Origin: an uncultured Christensenella sp.
GTDB lineage: Bacteria; Bacillota; Clostridia; Christensenellales; UBA1242
Reading direction: 5' to 3'
DNA length: 64,000 nucleotides
Assembly (NCBI GenBank): GCA_949300385.1
Contig: CASGDZ010000002.1
Span: 42,989-106,988 of the forward strand
Below the pieces are notes generated by a model. The model searched no databases. It saw only the letters and a list, made by a program, of their open reading frames with translations, and had not been told where the DNA came from. The position numbers and the translations under genes were made by a program. This document shows, in pieces, positions 1 through 10,000 of this stretch. Each line of letters starts with the position of its first letter. Within the stretch, counting starts at the first letter, position 1.

Positions 1-2
1 TG

Positions 3-170
3 CTTGATAAACGGTTAAAAGAATATGAAATTTACTTTGTTAACGAATCTAGAGAGGGTGATAATATCGATATATATAAAAAGAAGCATGCAGGATATTA
101 TTATATTGAAGGCAAAGTAAAAGATAAAACCATTTTTAGATCTGTTTTAAAGTTTGCAAAGAAAAAGTAA
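3..170 (+). CDS. 3' end of an unidentified CDS entering from upstream (ends ...FRSVLKFAKKK*)
   Basis: The frame is open from the window edge to TAA at 168-170 and is followed by a strong hairpin terminator. I recognised no motif. Confidence 0.4.
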   Translation, partial: LDKRLKEYEIYFVNESREGDNIDIYKKKHAGYYYIEGKVKDKTIFRSVLKFAKKK

Positions 171-173
171 AAG

Positions 174-210
174 AAAAATAGATGTTGTAATATTACAACA
201 TCTATTTTTT
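174..210. terminator. Bidirectional intrinsic terminator between convergent genes
   Basis: A 12-bp perfect stem (tagatgttgta / tacaacatcta) with a 4-nt loop is flanked by an A-run on the left and a T-run (205-210) on the right. Confidence 0.65.
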
Positions 211-243
211 ATCCTTATTTAATCTCAATTTTAAATATATAAT

Positions 244-1332
244 TTAGAAGAAAACTTGTTGTTTATAACTAGGTTTTTCTTCATCTTTTTCTCTGTGTTT
301 AAGTTCTTGGAAGAATACTTCACCTTCGTGGGACTGAAAATATACCGCGATTATTCCCTTTCGCTTTGACGACAATATGTGGAAGGCTGCGCGCTTTCTT
401 GCGCCACCTACTACATAACCTACCTTTTTTGCATTCGGTTCAACAAAGACATTGTAGGCACGGATTCTGCCTTGGTTGTCTATTATTGTAATCCCGTCGA
501 AATTCAACATATTTATAAACATTGTGGCATATGCTTGAAGTTTTTCTTCGCTGTAACTTTTAGATTGAGTAAACAATTTGCTAAAACTAATCGGTTCTTT
601 AAGCCAAATTCCATCTTCAAAGAATCCTTTGTCGACATAATCTTTATCTACTATAACACATATTGCACCATTTACATCGTTTAGTACGCTGTTAAATATG
701 TTATGATACATGTTTTTCATATCTTGAAGTTTGCGCTGTGTTGTGCGAAGTTTCGAGAAAGTTGTATTTACAAAAGAATCTATTGCTACTGCTATTGCAT
801 TGCTTTTTGATTTATCCAAAGAGAAGTTCACTACTAAATCATTGCCCGATATTGAATGGAGATGCATTGAATAGAAGTTTAGCGGGCGAGCAATGACGCA
901 ATTAATTTTTACTGCTCGATCACGAAGAGTTGTGTTTTCTTCTAGAAGTTGTAGAATGCCTTTGTCTTTAATTGACCTAAAAGACATAACAAGTCCGTAC
1001 GAAATTCTATTTTCTTTAATATCTATGAATATGCACCAATCTTGTTTTGCTATTGCAAGTAGCGCTTTCATACGCGAGTTAAACATAATAGGTTCAGCGT
1101 CTTCGAAAATTGTTATAATGGTTGTTTTTAATAAACTTTTCGCTACAACTTCTATGTTATCAGTAAAAATAATTTTAGGACGGATTTTAATTCCTTCCTC
1201 TGTATAATTCATTATGTCATTAAATTTATTTAAAAAATGCGACATAAGCAGTGGCGGGAAGGACGGAAACTCCTTTTCAAAGAAGTTAGTCACGCTTTCT
1301 TTTGCTGTATCAAAAAACACCATCTCTTCCAT
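244..1332 (-). CDS. DisA_N / diadenylate-cyclase (DAC)-fold protein with a large unrecognised N-terminal domain
   Basis: The C-terminal part matches the DAC motifs in order: NGAICVIVD, FDGITIIDNQGRIRAYNVFV, GGARKRAA (canonical GTRHRAA), VYFQSHEGEVFF. I placed the start at MEEMVFF (1332) for two reasons: the upstream 23 codons of the tracked ORF overlap a TTGCAT-17-TATATT promoter, and GGCGGGG sits before the 1332 ATG. Confidence 0.55.
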   Translation of the reverse strand: MEEMVFFDTAKESVTNFFEKEFPSFPPLLMSHFLNKFNDIMNYTEEGIKIRPKIIFTDNIEVVAKSLLKTTIITIFEDAEPIMFNSRMKALLAIAKQDWCIFIDIKENRISYGLVMSFRSIKDKGILQLLEENTTLRDRAVKINCVIARPLNFYSMHLHSISGNDLVVNFSLDKSKSNAIAVAIDSFVNTTFSKLRTTQRKLQDMKNMYHNIFNSVLNDVNGAICVIVDKDYVDKGFFEDGIWLKEPISFSKLFTQSKSYSEEKLQAYATMFINMLNFDGITIIDNQGRIRAYNVFVEPNAKKVGYVVGGARKRAAFHILSSKRKGIIAVYFQSHEGEVFFQELKHREKDEEKPSYKQQVFF

Positions 1333-1372
1333 ACTGACCCCGCCAACAAAAAAATAATTGTTATCTTTAAAA

Positions 1373-1401
1373 AATATAACAATTTTAAAATTTTTATGCA
1401 A
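1373..1401 (-). promoter_or_regulatory. Sigma-A-type promoter for the DAC-fold gene
   Basis: On the minus strand, TTGCAT (1401-1396), a 17-nt spacer and TATATT (1378-1373). Confidence 0.45.
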
Positions 1402-1518
1402 ATAAAATTAAAAACTTTTTTAAAAATTTTAAAAATTTCACTAAAAATGGTTGACTTTTTTAAAATTATGTAATTTTTAACAACTTTTTTAATTTTTATC
1501 AATAAAAATTATAGAAAG

Positions 1519-1806
1519 TTAATTATTAGATAATTTTGTTTTTAAATATAAGATTTCATTTTTCAATCTGTTAATTTCCGCTTGCTTTTCTTTTAGAATA
1601 ACGAGTAGCCTATCTCTGTGAATATTCATACTAATAAGTTCACGCTTTGTTTCCAATTCCATTTTTCTTTTCATAACATTTAAAATACCATTGAATAGTG
1701 CTGAGATATCTTCGTCTGTGATACTAACGGGCATAACATGAACGCGACATTTTTGTATGTGTGCCTTTGATGAGATTTTTTTGATCTTGACCTTTTTCTT
1801 TATCAT
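1519..1806 (-). CDS. Hypothetical small coiled-coil protein (95 aa)
   Basis: An intact ORF with a heptad-like, charged C-terminal half (KEKQAEINRLKNEILYLKTKL). It lies upstream of and on the same strand as the DAC-fold gene. The start codon is uncertain. Confidence 0.45.
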   Translation of the reverse strand: MIKKKVKIKKISSKAHIQKCRVHVMPVSITDEDISALFNGILNVMKRKMELETKRELISMNIHRDRLLVILKEKQAEINRLKNEILYLKTKLSNN

Positions 1807-1876
1807 AGTATAATAGTTTCCAATTAAATAAATTATAATAAGTGAGATTTGACGAAAAATAAAAGTTTATCGAATT

Positions 1877-2782
1877 TTGAAAGTTTTTTGTCTGATTATC
1901 ATAAATATAAGTATGAATTATCTTATATCAAGGTTCGCGTGTATTATTAAGGGTAAAGAAGAGTTAAAGCTAAAACCAATGGCGAAATATTGTTTTGATG
2001 ATATATCGGACGAAACCTACATTGTCTTTTCAGAATTGGGCGAGATAGCGTACGCTATTAACTTTTATTCACTTATTTATTTGAATGCTACAAATAAATA
2101 TGTATTAAAATTTGAATATGGCAAGGACACTTATTTAATTCTAACTCAAACGAGTGAACTTAAACCATTCGTAACAAGTATTAAATATTTATCAACCGAT
2201 GTTATTGTAAGTCTGTCGAGCGAGTTAGATATTTCAATTTCGGGCGAGTGTGTTCTCAATAGAAAGTTATACGATATAAAATATTCACATTTTGAAATTG
2301 AAGGGAATATCTTAATAATTTATTTTACAGGCAAACGAAATTATGTAGTTGTTATAGATAATAAAAAATTAAAGTTTGATTCATACTATGACGAATGTAA
2401 TGTGGAAAAAGATGAAAAATATTTTATGTGTAAATGTTACGATATAATTAATCATGGATCTGTCTGCCACATTAAGGATAAAGAAGTTGAGACTTATCTA
2501 GTATACTTAGATGATTTTGAATTAAAATTAAAGCGCGAATTTGTTGCATGTGTATTCCTTGATTGCGTGCGTGTTAAAAATTACAAATATGCAAATTCTA
2601 TGTTGGATAGTGAAATTGCAAATGACGACGCAAATAATATAGGTAAGTTTTTCCCACAATTCGATAATTATTATATAATAGATAATAATTTAACAGCACT
2701 TATAAATAAAAATACCCTTGCGGGTATTTATAAGTTTGAGATTGAAAATTTATCTATTAGAAACATTGTAGAGATAAATTAA
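1877..2782 (+). CDS. Hypothetical protein (about 270-300 aa, start uncertain)
   Basis: A long ORF with no motif I recognise. Candidate starts are TTG 1877, ATG 1913 and ATG 1979, and none has a clear SD. Confidence 0.45.
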   Translation: MKVFCLIIINISMNYLISRFACIIKGKEELKLKPMAKYCFDDISDETYIVFSELGEIAYAINFYSLIYLNATNKYVLKFEYGKDTYLILTQTSELKPFVTSIKYLSTDVIVSLSSELDISISGECVLNRKLYDIKYSHFEIEGNILIIYFTGKRNYVVVIDNKKLKFDSYYDECNVEKDEKYFMCKCYDIINHGSVCHIKDKEVETYLVYLDDFELKLKREFVACVFLDCVRVKNYKYANSMLDSEIANDDANNIGKFFPQFDNYYIIDNNLTALINKNTLAGIYKFEIENLSIRNIVEIN

Positions 2783-5166
2783 GTTTTGTTTGCTTTATTA
2801 ATAGAATGTGATAAATTCGCTAAACTATTGAGTGCGACATATAGAGGATACGAACTTTCACATACTATTATTAAATACAATATTTGTTCGTATGAAAGGG
2901 ATACATATTTGAACAATGTTGGTAGAACAGACACACATGTTATTGCTATCGCTAAGCATGCAATATACATAATTGTTTTAAACCAGTTAAGCGGTTTGCA
3001 TATTTTAAATAGAGCGATGAATCCTACTGCTAGTACAGCCAAAGATGCCATTGTTGCAAGCACATCATCCGATATACCCGTAAACATTTGGAACACATAT
3101 ATAGCGATAGTTGCTGCCACCAACGATAATCCAGCAGGGAGAGTAGTCCGCGCTATATTGGACAAGAATTTACCCTTTATTTTATTTGTGTTAGGCTGTA
3201 GTGCTAAGAAGAAGGACGGAAGACCTATAACAAACATTTCTAGTAGTATGAATTGTATAGGACTGAACGGATAAGTTTTTCCACATATCAGTACGAATAT
3301 AGATATTGCTATAGCAAATATTGTTTTCATAAGGAAGAGTGAACTTGATTTTTGAATATTGTTTACAACGCGTCTACCTTCCGCAACAACGCTAGGCATA
3401 GAACTAAAGTTGCTATCGAGTAAAACCAGATGACTGACACTACGAGCGGCGTCGCTACCCGCGGCGATAGCAATTGAGCAGTCCGCTTCTTTAAGCGCTA
3501 AGATATCGTTAACCCCGTCGCCCGTCATGGCTACCGTCTTTCCTTGTGCTTTTAGTGCCTTAACAAGGATAGCTTTTTGCTCAGGACTGACACGACCGAA
3601 TATTGAAAATTTGTCCGCGCATTCTATGACTTCATTTTCATTTAGTCCATATAGACTAATATATTTATCATAATTTTGTACGCCGACGCGCCTTGCCACT
3701 TCACTGACAGTAACAGGGTTGTCGCCTGAAATGATTTTTATATCAACACCATTTTGTTTAAACCATTCAATCGTTTTAGGTGCGTCCTTTCGTATGTTGT
3801 CTTGAAGCAGTATAAATGCAATTGGCTTACTTTCCTTATTTGAGAAAGTCGCGTCACATGCTACAAGCATTAATACTCTAAAACCTTGAAGCGAATATTC
3901 TTCTGCTAATTTTTTAATTTCTTGTGTAGGCTTATCAATCACGAATTCATATGCACCCAGTTTGTATGCGCCAGTTTGTCTAAATTTGCATCCCATAAAT
4001 TTTCTTTCGCTTGAGAATGGAATAGATTTTTCGGCTACATAGCATGGTTTTCCAAAATATGATTTGAGTGCGATGGCTGTATGATTCGCGTCGTGAAAAG
4101 CATTGACCATTGACGCTACAATTTTGTCCACATCTTTGGTTGTTTTTTTGTCTGTAAGCATAACTACATCTTTGACACTCATTGATCCGTTAGTAAGTGT
4201 TCCGGTTTTGTCAAGACAAAGGACATCGGTTCGTGCCAACATTTCAATACAGTATAATTCTTGAACCAATGTTCGCTGTTTTGCTAGTCTAATGACGCTT
4301 ACCGCTAATGCTACTGAAGTTAGCAAGAACATTCCAGCAGGAATCATAGCAATTATGCAACCGGCCGTTTTTGTGATGACATCGTATGCGAGCGAATTGT
4401 CTGTAGTATAAGTAGAGTAGTGCGCATAATTATTGTACAACATGATTATAGCGATAGGGATCATGAATATAGATATGAATTTTATGAGTGCACGCAATGA
4501 GCGTAGCAATTCACTTTTTGCTTGTTTAAAAGTTTTTGCCTTTTCGCTTAATTGAGCAATATAATTGTCATCACCAATCTTATTTACTTTAGCATGGCAG
4601 GTTCCACTAGATATAAAACTTCCACCGAGTAGGCTATCACCCTTTTTCTTCTTTACAGGTTGACTTTCGCCAGTAAGTAAACTTTCATTTACCTCAACTT
4701 CACCATCCATTACTATACTATCACACGCGATTTGTACACCAGGGTGAAGAACTAACACATCATCAAGTACGACTTCTGTCTTATAGACTTCTTCCTCTTC
4801 GCCGTCGCGCACAACTTTTGTGAAATTTGAATTTGTTAAGGACAATTTATCCATAGTCTTTTTAGCGCGGACTTCTTGCACTATTCCTATCGCGGTATTA
4901 AGTACTACAATCACTAAGAACATAAGATCAGAAAATGCACCCACGCTTATCAATGCACCAGCAACAACTAGACAAACAATATTAAAGAAAGTGAATATAT
5001 TTTTAAATAAAATGCTCCATATACTTTTTGTAGTTTTTATGTTAGATACATTCACAAGATTTTGCTCAACGCGTTTCTGTACCTGACTTGAGTCAAGTCC
5101 TATGTTTGGGTCAGGATTAAAACGGGCAATTTTTGTGTTAGATTTTTCTATAAACTTTTTCTTCAT
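2779..5166 (-). CDS. Cation-transporting P-type (E1-E2) ATPase
   Basis: It has the LTGESQPV actuator motif, the DKTGTLT phosphorylation site and the TGDGVNDILALKEAD hinge motif, with multiple TM helices at both ends. SD AAGGAA lies upstream. Confidence 0.9.
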   Translation of the reverse strand: MKKKFIEKSNTKIARFNPDPNIGLDSSQVQKRVEQNLVNVSNIKTTKSIWSILFKNIFTFFNIVCLVVAGALISVGAFSDLMFLVIVVLNTAIGIVQEVRAKKTMDKLSLTNSNFTKVVRDGEEEEVYKTEVVLDDVLVLHPGVQIACDSIVMDGEVEVNESLLTGESQPVKKKKGDSLLGGSFISSGTCHAKVNKIGDDNYIAQLSEKAKTFKQAKSELLRSLRALIKFISIFMIPIAIIMLYNNYAHYSTYTTDNSLAYDVITKTAGCIIAMIPAGMFLLTSVALAVSVIRLAKQRTLVQELYCIEMLARTDVLCLDKTGTLTNGSMSVKDVVMLTDKKTTKDVDKIVASMVNAFHDANHTAIALKSYFGKPCYVAEKSIPFSSERKFMGCKFRQTGAYKLGAYEFVIDKPTQEIKKLAEEYSLQGFRVLMLVACDATFSNKESKPIAFILLQDNIRKDAPKTIEWFKQNGVDIKIISGDNPVTVSEVARRVGVQNYDKYISLYGLNENEVIECADKFSIFGRVSPEQKAILVKALKAQGKTVAMTGDGVNDILALKEADCSIAIAAGSDAARSVSHLVLLDSNFSSMPSVVAEGRRVVNNIQKSSSLFLMKTIFAIAISIFVLICGKTYPFSPIQFILLEMFVIGLPSFFLALQPNTNKIKGKFLSNIARTTLPAGLSLVAATIAIYVFQMFTGISDDVLATMASLAVLAVGFIALFKICKPLNWFKTIMYIACLAIAITCVSVLPTLFKYVSLSYEQILYLIIVCESSYPLYVALNSLANLSHSINKANKT

Positions 5167-5501
5167 ATAATTCCTTATGTTTTTATTACGTATTGTAAAT
5201 TAATTATGCAATAAAAATTATTTTACATATACATAAATAAATTAATATATTTTATATATTAACATAATATCATATTTTTATCAAATAAAATATTAAGAAA
5301 TTTTTAATATTATTAATATGATTTAGCAATAATTTTTGTCAATTGTTATGTTGGACAAAGCCTATGTTGATAGAAATTGTAGTATTTATATATTCAGCAT
5401 AATCCCTTAAATTAATTAACAAATTAATTAATATTAATTTTGTATTTGCGAATAAATTAACAAAGATTGTGTAATTTGCATATAAATTTACGAGGTGAAC
5501 A

Positions 5502-6017
5502 ATGGATTTAGATGATTTAAAATTAAGGGTTGATGCGCCCTACCCAGAAATTACTGATGCAACAGACGACCCAAATACTGTTGCCGTAATAAAAAATTTG
5601 GCTACATCGCGAGATAGCGAATTAAATGCAATACTTATTTATACATATCAGTCTGTAATAGCCGATAAAACAAAAGAAGATATTGCAAAAATTTTCGAAG
5701 AGATAAGTATAGTCGAGATGACGCATCTAGACATGCTTATGCATGCAATAACGGATTTTGGAGGGGTTCCGAAATATGAAGATGCACATGGTACCCCATA
5801 TGCAACAACTAACATTAATTACACAATGAAACTTCGCGAGATGTTACTTAATAATATTCGCGGAGAACAGCAGGCTATTGACGCATATAATCAAGCAATT
5901 TTGCGAGTTAAAAATGAAAGTCTAAAACAACTATTTGCGCGTATAATCAAAGATGAAGAATTACATAAAAAGGCATTTAAATATATTTTAGATAATGTAT
6001 CATTTATGTCAATCTAA
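5502..6017 (+). CDS. Ferritin-like di-metal carboxylate protein (Mn-catalase / CotJC-like family)
   Basis: Two ExxH-type helices are present (EISIVEMTHLDML and IIKDEELHKKAF), and the N-terminus has a PYPEI...DP motif resembling the CotJC/Mn-catalase family. SD GAGGTG lies upstream. Confidence 0.55.
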   Translation: MDLDDLKLRVDAPYPEITDATDDPNTVAVIKNLATSRDSELNAILIYTYQSVIADKTKEDIAKIFEEISIVEMTHLDMLMHAITDFGGVPKYEDAHGTPYATTNINYTMKLREMLLNNIRGEQQAIDAYNQAILRVKNESLKQLFARIIKDEELHKKAFKYILDNVSFMSI

Positions 6018-6154
6018 AAAATATGAAAAAATATATAATAAAATATAAATAAAAATTAAAAATTTAATAAAAAATAATTAAATTTTTATTAATTTTTACA
6101 TTAAAAATAAAAAATTTTTAAATATTTTTAAAAAAATAAAATAAAATTAATAAA

Positions 6155-6180
6155 AAATGGGGAATAATCCCCTTATTTTT
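6155..6180. terminator. Weak bidirectional hairpin terminator
   Basis: GGGGA / TCCCC stem (6159-6172) with a 4-nt loop, flanked by A-runs and T-runs, between convergent genes. Confidence 0.4.
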
Positions 6181-6922
6181 ATTTACTAAATAACATAAGT
6201 TCGCGCAATTTTCCAAAACGATTAATCTCGCGTAAATTCTTTTTGTTAATAATGGCGTGCGCTTTTATTAGCAATTCATTATTGAAATTAAATATATCTT
6301 TTGTACAAACTCTACCGATTAGAAAATCAGCATTTTGAGTATTTGATTTTTTTTCGCTATCAACGGGTACTGCTTGCGCGCTGACATCTATTTCATTTTC
6401 GACTGGCATAATTTCGGCTGTCTGTGGTTCACTTGTCTTTGTTTTAAAGAATTTAGGCGTCTTATTTGGAACGAATCTACTTACATCTACATGTTCTGTT
6501 TTATCATAGAAAATGACTGTATTTTTACCGCAAGATGCAAGATTTTTAACATCCAAAGTAGTATTATTATCAAGCGAAAATTTCTCTGTTAAAAACTTTT
6601 CATTCATGCTCATCTCCACTATCATGCCGAGATATTCACCACGAATTGTATATGCCTTTGAGCCGACAGGACAAAGCGATAAGTCAACATCTTCCACTTT
6701 AAGACTCACTGCTTGATTATTCTTCACAGTGATAGCATTTTTACCGACATGATAAATGTTTTTGGTTGGCAATAGAAGTCGGCTATCGTTATCAGATAAC
6801 AATTCTAAAAATAAAAGTTTTTTCATCTTCTTATCGAAGTAAAGTTTGTCCACAGTTCCGAGCAATTCACCTTCATATAATGAAAGCACATTTAATGATT
6901 TTATGTCGTTAGAATAATACAT
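6179..6922 (-). CDS. PRC-barrel domain-like protein (two PRC-like segments)
   Basis: The N-terminus (VLSLYEGELLGTVDKLYFDKKMKKLLFLEL) and a second segment (YTIRGEYLGMIVEMSMNE) resemble PRC-barrel repeats. SD AAGAGG lies upstream. Confidence 0.45.
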   Translation of the reverse strand: MYYSNDIKSLNVLSLYEGELLGTVDKLYFDKKMKKLLFLELLSDNDSRLLLPTKNIYHVGKNAITVKNNQAVSLKVEDVDLSLCPVGSKAYTIRGEYLGMIVEMSMNEKFLTEKFSLDNNTTLDVKNLASCGKNTVIFYDKTEHVDVSRFVPNKTPKFFKTKTSEPQTAEIMPVENEIDVSAQAVPVDSEKKSNTQNADFLIGRVCTKDIFNFNNELLIKAHAIINKKNLREINRFGKLRELMLFSK

Positions 6923-7001
6923 AATTACCTCTTAATTAAATGTATGCGATAGATTAAAAATTATGAATATTTTCTGTATATACAATTTTTATCGAAAATA
7001 T

Positions 7002-7030
7002 TTGATTTATAGGGAATTTTTGGTTATAAT
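7002..7030 (+). promoter_or_regulatory. Sigma-A-type promoter for the 1495-aa lipoprotein gene
   Basis: TTGATT (7002-7007), a 17-nt spacer and TATAAT (7025-7030). Confidence 0.45.
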
Positions 7031-7091
7031 AACATTAATATTAAAATTAATTTTAATTAATTTATTTATTAATTAAATTTTAAGGGGTTTT

Positions 7092-10000
7092 ATGAAAAAA
7101 TTAAGAGCAATTTTGCTTAGTTTTATATTAATTATTCCGCTAATTATGACGGGATGTTTAAATTCTAGCAAGGATAAAATGTCCACTCCAAGCGAACTTA
7201 CCATAACTTCTGGTATTATTCGTTTTGCGCGCGTAGATAATGACGACTACTATGTGCTAGATATTGACGGATCGACTATCAATATTTTTCCTAATCAAAG
7301 GACGGCCGATGATAATTATAATTATGTCACACTTTATACACTTAATGGAGTTAATTATCTTGAATACGACGCCACACGTTTGTTTTCAATCGGGGAAAGT
7401 TATGTTATACGCTTAAAGGCATGCGGAGAAGATAAAGCGGACAGCAACTATACAAATCCTTATTCATATACATATACACCGGCAATGGAAGTTCCAACGA
7501 ATGTATCAATTAGCGGGACGACGCTTACATGGAGCGCGGTTGAGAACGCGGGCTTATATGTAGTAAAAGTGGTTACACCTAACGACAATATTTTAGCAGA
7601 TGATTCAACAAGCATAGCAGATAATGATGATTTAAGCAGTTATCAATTCACGAAAAATAGTTTTGATTTTTCTTCAATCCTAAGTAGCGCGGGCGAGTAT
7701 AAATTTTATGTGTCAAGTGTCAGTGCGGACAATACACGAAATTCTAGTGAATTTTCGTCCAAAGTAGTTTACAACTATATCACTAAACTTGCTACTCCTA
7801 AATTAGGTTCTATCCAACTTGATGAAAAGACTAATTTACATATGCTTGCTGTTGTAGACGCGAATGCTAATGCTGTAAGTTTAAAGGCGAACGGCGAAGA
7901 GTGCATTTTACCACTAAATATGGATTCTCTTTCAGTAGTAAATTCAATAAGCAATCTATATGACTTTAATTTAACTGAAGTTTTTGAAGGCGTTAGGCTT
8001 GACGAGTTAAAACAATATTCATTTACGGCGCAATCATTATACATAACTACTGGGACATCATTTTATATAAATTCAGACATATCTAGTCCGTCGGTATATG
8101 AAAATACATTGAAATTAGATAGTCCTACATTAAATGTTGAGAACAATATAGCGAATTGGACAAATCTTAATGCTGTTAGTGCAGGTGTACGGTTATATGT
8201 GTTTACTTCAAGTGGTTGTCAAAAATATGAATTAAATTTAGGCGTTAGCAATTTTGCTTTACCTAGTGACTACATTGCAGTGAGCGCACAGGCGATCGGA
8301 GTTGGCAACTATCTTGATTCGCCTATGTCAAATGTCATATCAAAGAATACTGAAGATGTCGGCGAACTCAATGTCAGCAGTGTAGGTCAAATAATTAGTT
8401 GGACGAATGTGGGCAACGCTCAGTACATAGTTGAAATAGGAAATGAAGTTTTAATACAACGCTCAAACGCTTTTGACATCTCAACAATAGATTATTCTGT
8501 TCAATCGATTAAAATAACCGCAATCAGTGATAGATATGCGCCAAAATCAGTAACGGGTAACATATCAAATTATAGCGTAACATTAGCATCACCATATATT
8601 TATTTTGCAAATGAAACTAATCCATATCTTTTACAAATCTCGCCTGTTGCAAACGCTCTAGCATATAAGGTATATCTTAAAGACGCACAGGGCGTTCAGA
8701 CGGCAATAGATAATGTATTTACATCAACACAAATTGATTTAAGTTTATACATTATTAGAAAGGGCGAGTATCGTGAATATACCGTGCAAGTACAAGCGCT
8801 AGCAGATAGTTTGTCAATATATCGTGATAGTGGACTTTCTAACGAATTGACAATAGTACACACACCTACATTAGAAATGCCTGAATTTGTATCGGGCGAA
8901 AATGGGTTGACACCAGTAAGTTATGATATATCTACTCAATCATATTATTTGAATTTCTATGGAGTAGACGGCGCTTCAAGTTATGACATAGCAATCAATG
9001 GTCAACATTTGCCACCGGTACGCGATACAGGTGAGGAAATGTATCGCATTAATATAACCGCTTATGTGCCAGGCGCAAATAGATATACAATTACAATACA
9101 AGCGTTGCCGGATATCAATAATGGTGCAATTTTAGAGAGTGAAATAAATAGTTATATCTATGAAAAATCATTGCAACTTTCTGAAGTAACAGACATTGTA
9201 GTTAGCGAAAATGACGGAAAATATATTCTTTCATTTGCATTGCAAGATCAAGCATATAGTTATCAAGTGCGAATAGTTAAGTTAAATGATAGTAGATACA
9301 ATGAATATTTGGAAAGCATGGGACTTAGCAACACATTTGAAGTGTATGGATCTAGTGAAATAACACCATATGTAGAGCAAGCGGGCGAATATCATATATA
9401 CATTACAGCGCTAGCACGCGAAGGAAGTTTATATGTTTCGTCTGTTGAATCTTCGACTTATGCAGTGATTGACAAACTTGAAACTTTATCAACGCCAATA
9501 TTTGAGAGTTATAATGATAGAGAGTCAGGATTCAGTATAACTTGGACAGGCGATGAAAATGCAGAATATTTTATTGTAAGAATAACCGATCCAAGCGGAC
9601 ATATATACGAGCGAAGGACATACGACTCTGTTAGTCGAACTATGGATATAACCGATTATATCTCTATTGAAGGCGATTATTCTGTAAGCATTAAGGCCGT
9701 TATATCTAGCGATAATCCTACTTATATATCGAGTCCGTATAGTGATATAGCAAATTTCAATTATACATACACTTATCCATATGACTTTTCTAGACGCGTA
9801 GTTTTCATGAATGGCGGAGAATATTCTTTGTCTATTTCGAATGTTAAACAATTGACAAATGTTTTGTGGTACCACTATCTGTTTGGAATAGATGAATTAT
9901 ATAATTTAGATATCTATATTGAACTAATAGATGATGAAAGTATAAAAGACGCTATTATTCGATTGGCGAACGAAGCACAAGAAAACGAAATATATAATTT

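Noticed and set aside
1237-1502. Short ORFs (78 and 70 aa) in the 1237-1502 region.
   Set aside because: These are low-complexity K/I/F-rich translations of an A/T-only promoter spacer, and they overlap the 5' end of the DAC-fold gene.
2779-2782. A 4-nt overlap of convergent stop codons (TTAA) between the 301-aa ORF and the P-type ATPase, with no terminator.
   Set aside because: This is a real feature of the sequence, but such overlaps are common in compact genomes and have no specific functional implication that I can support.
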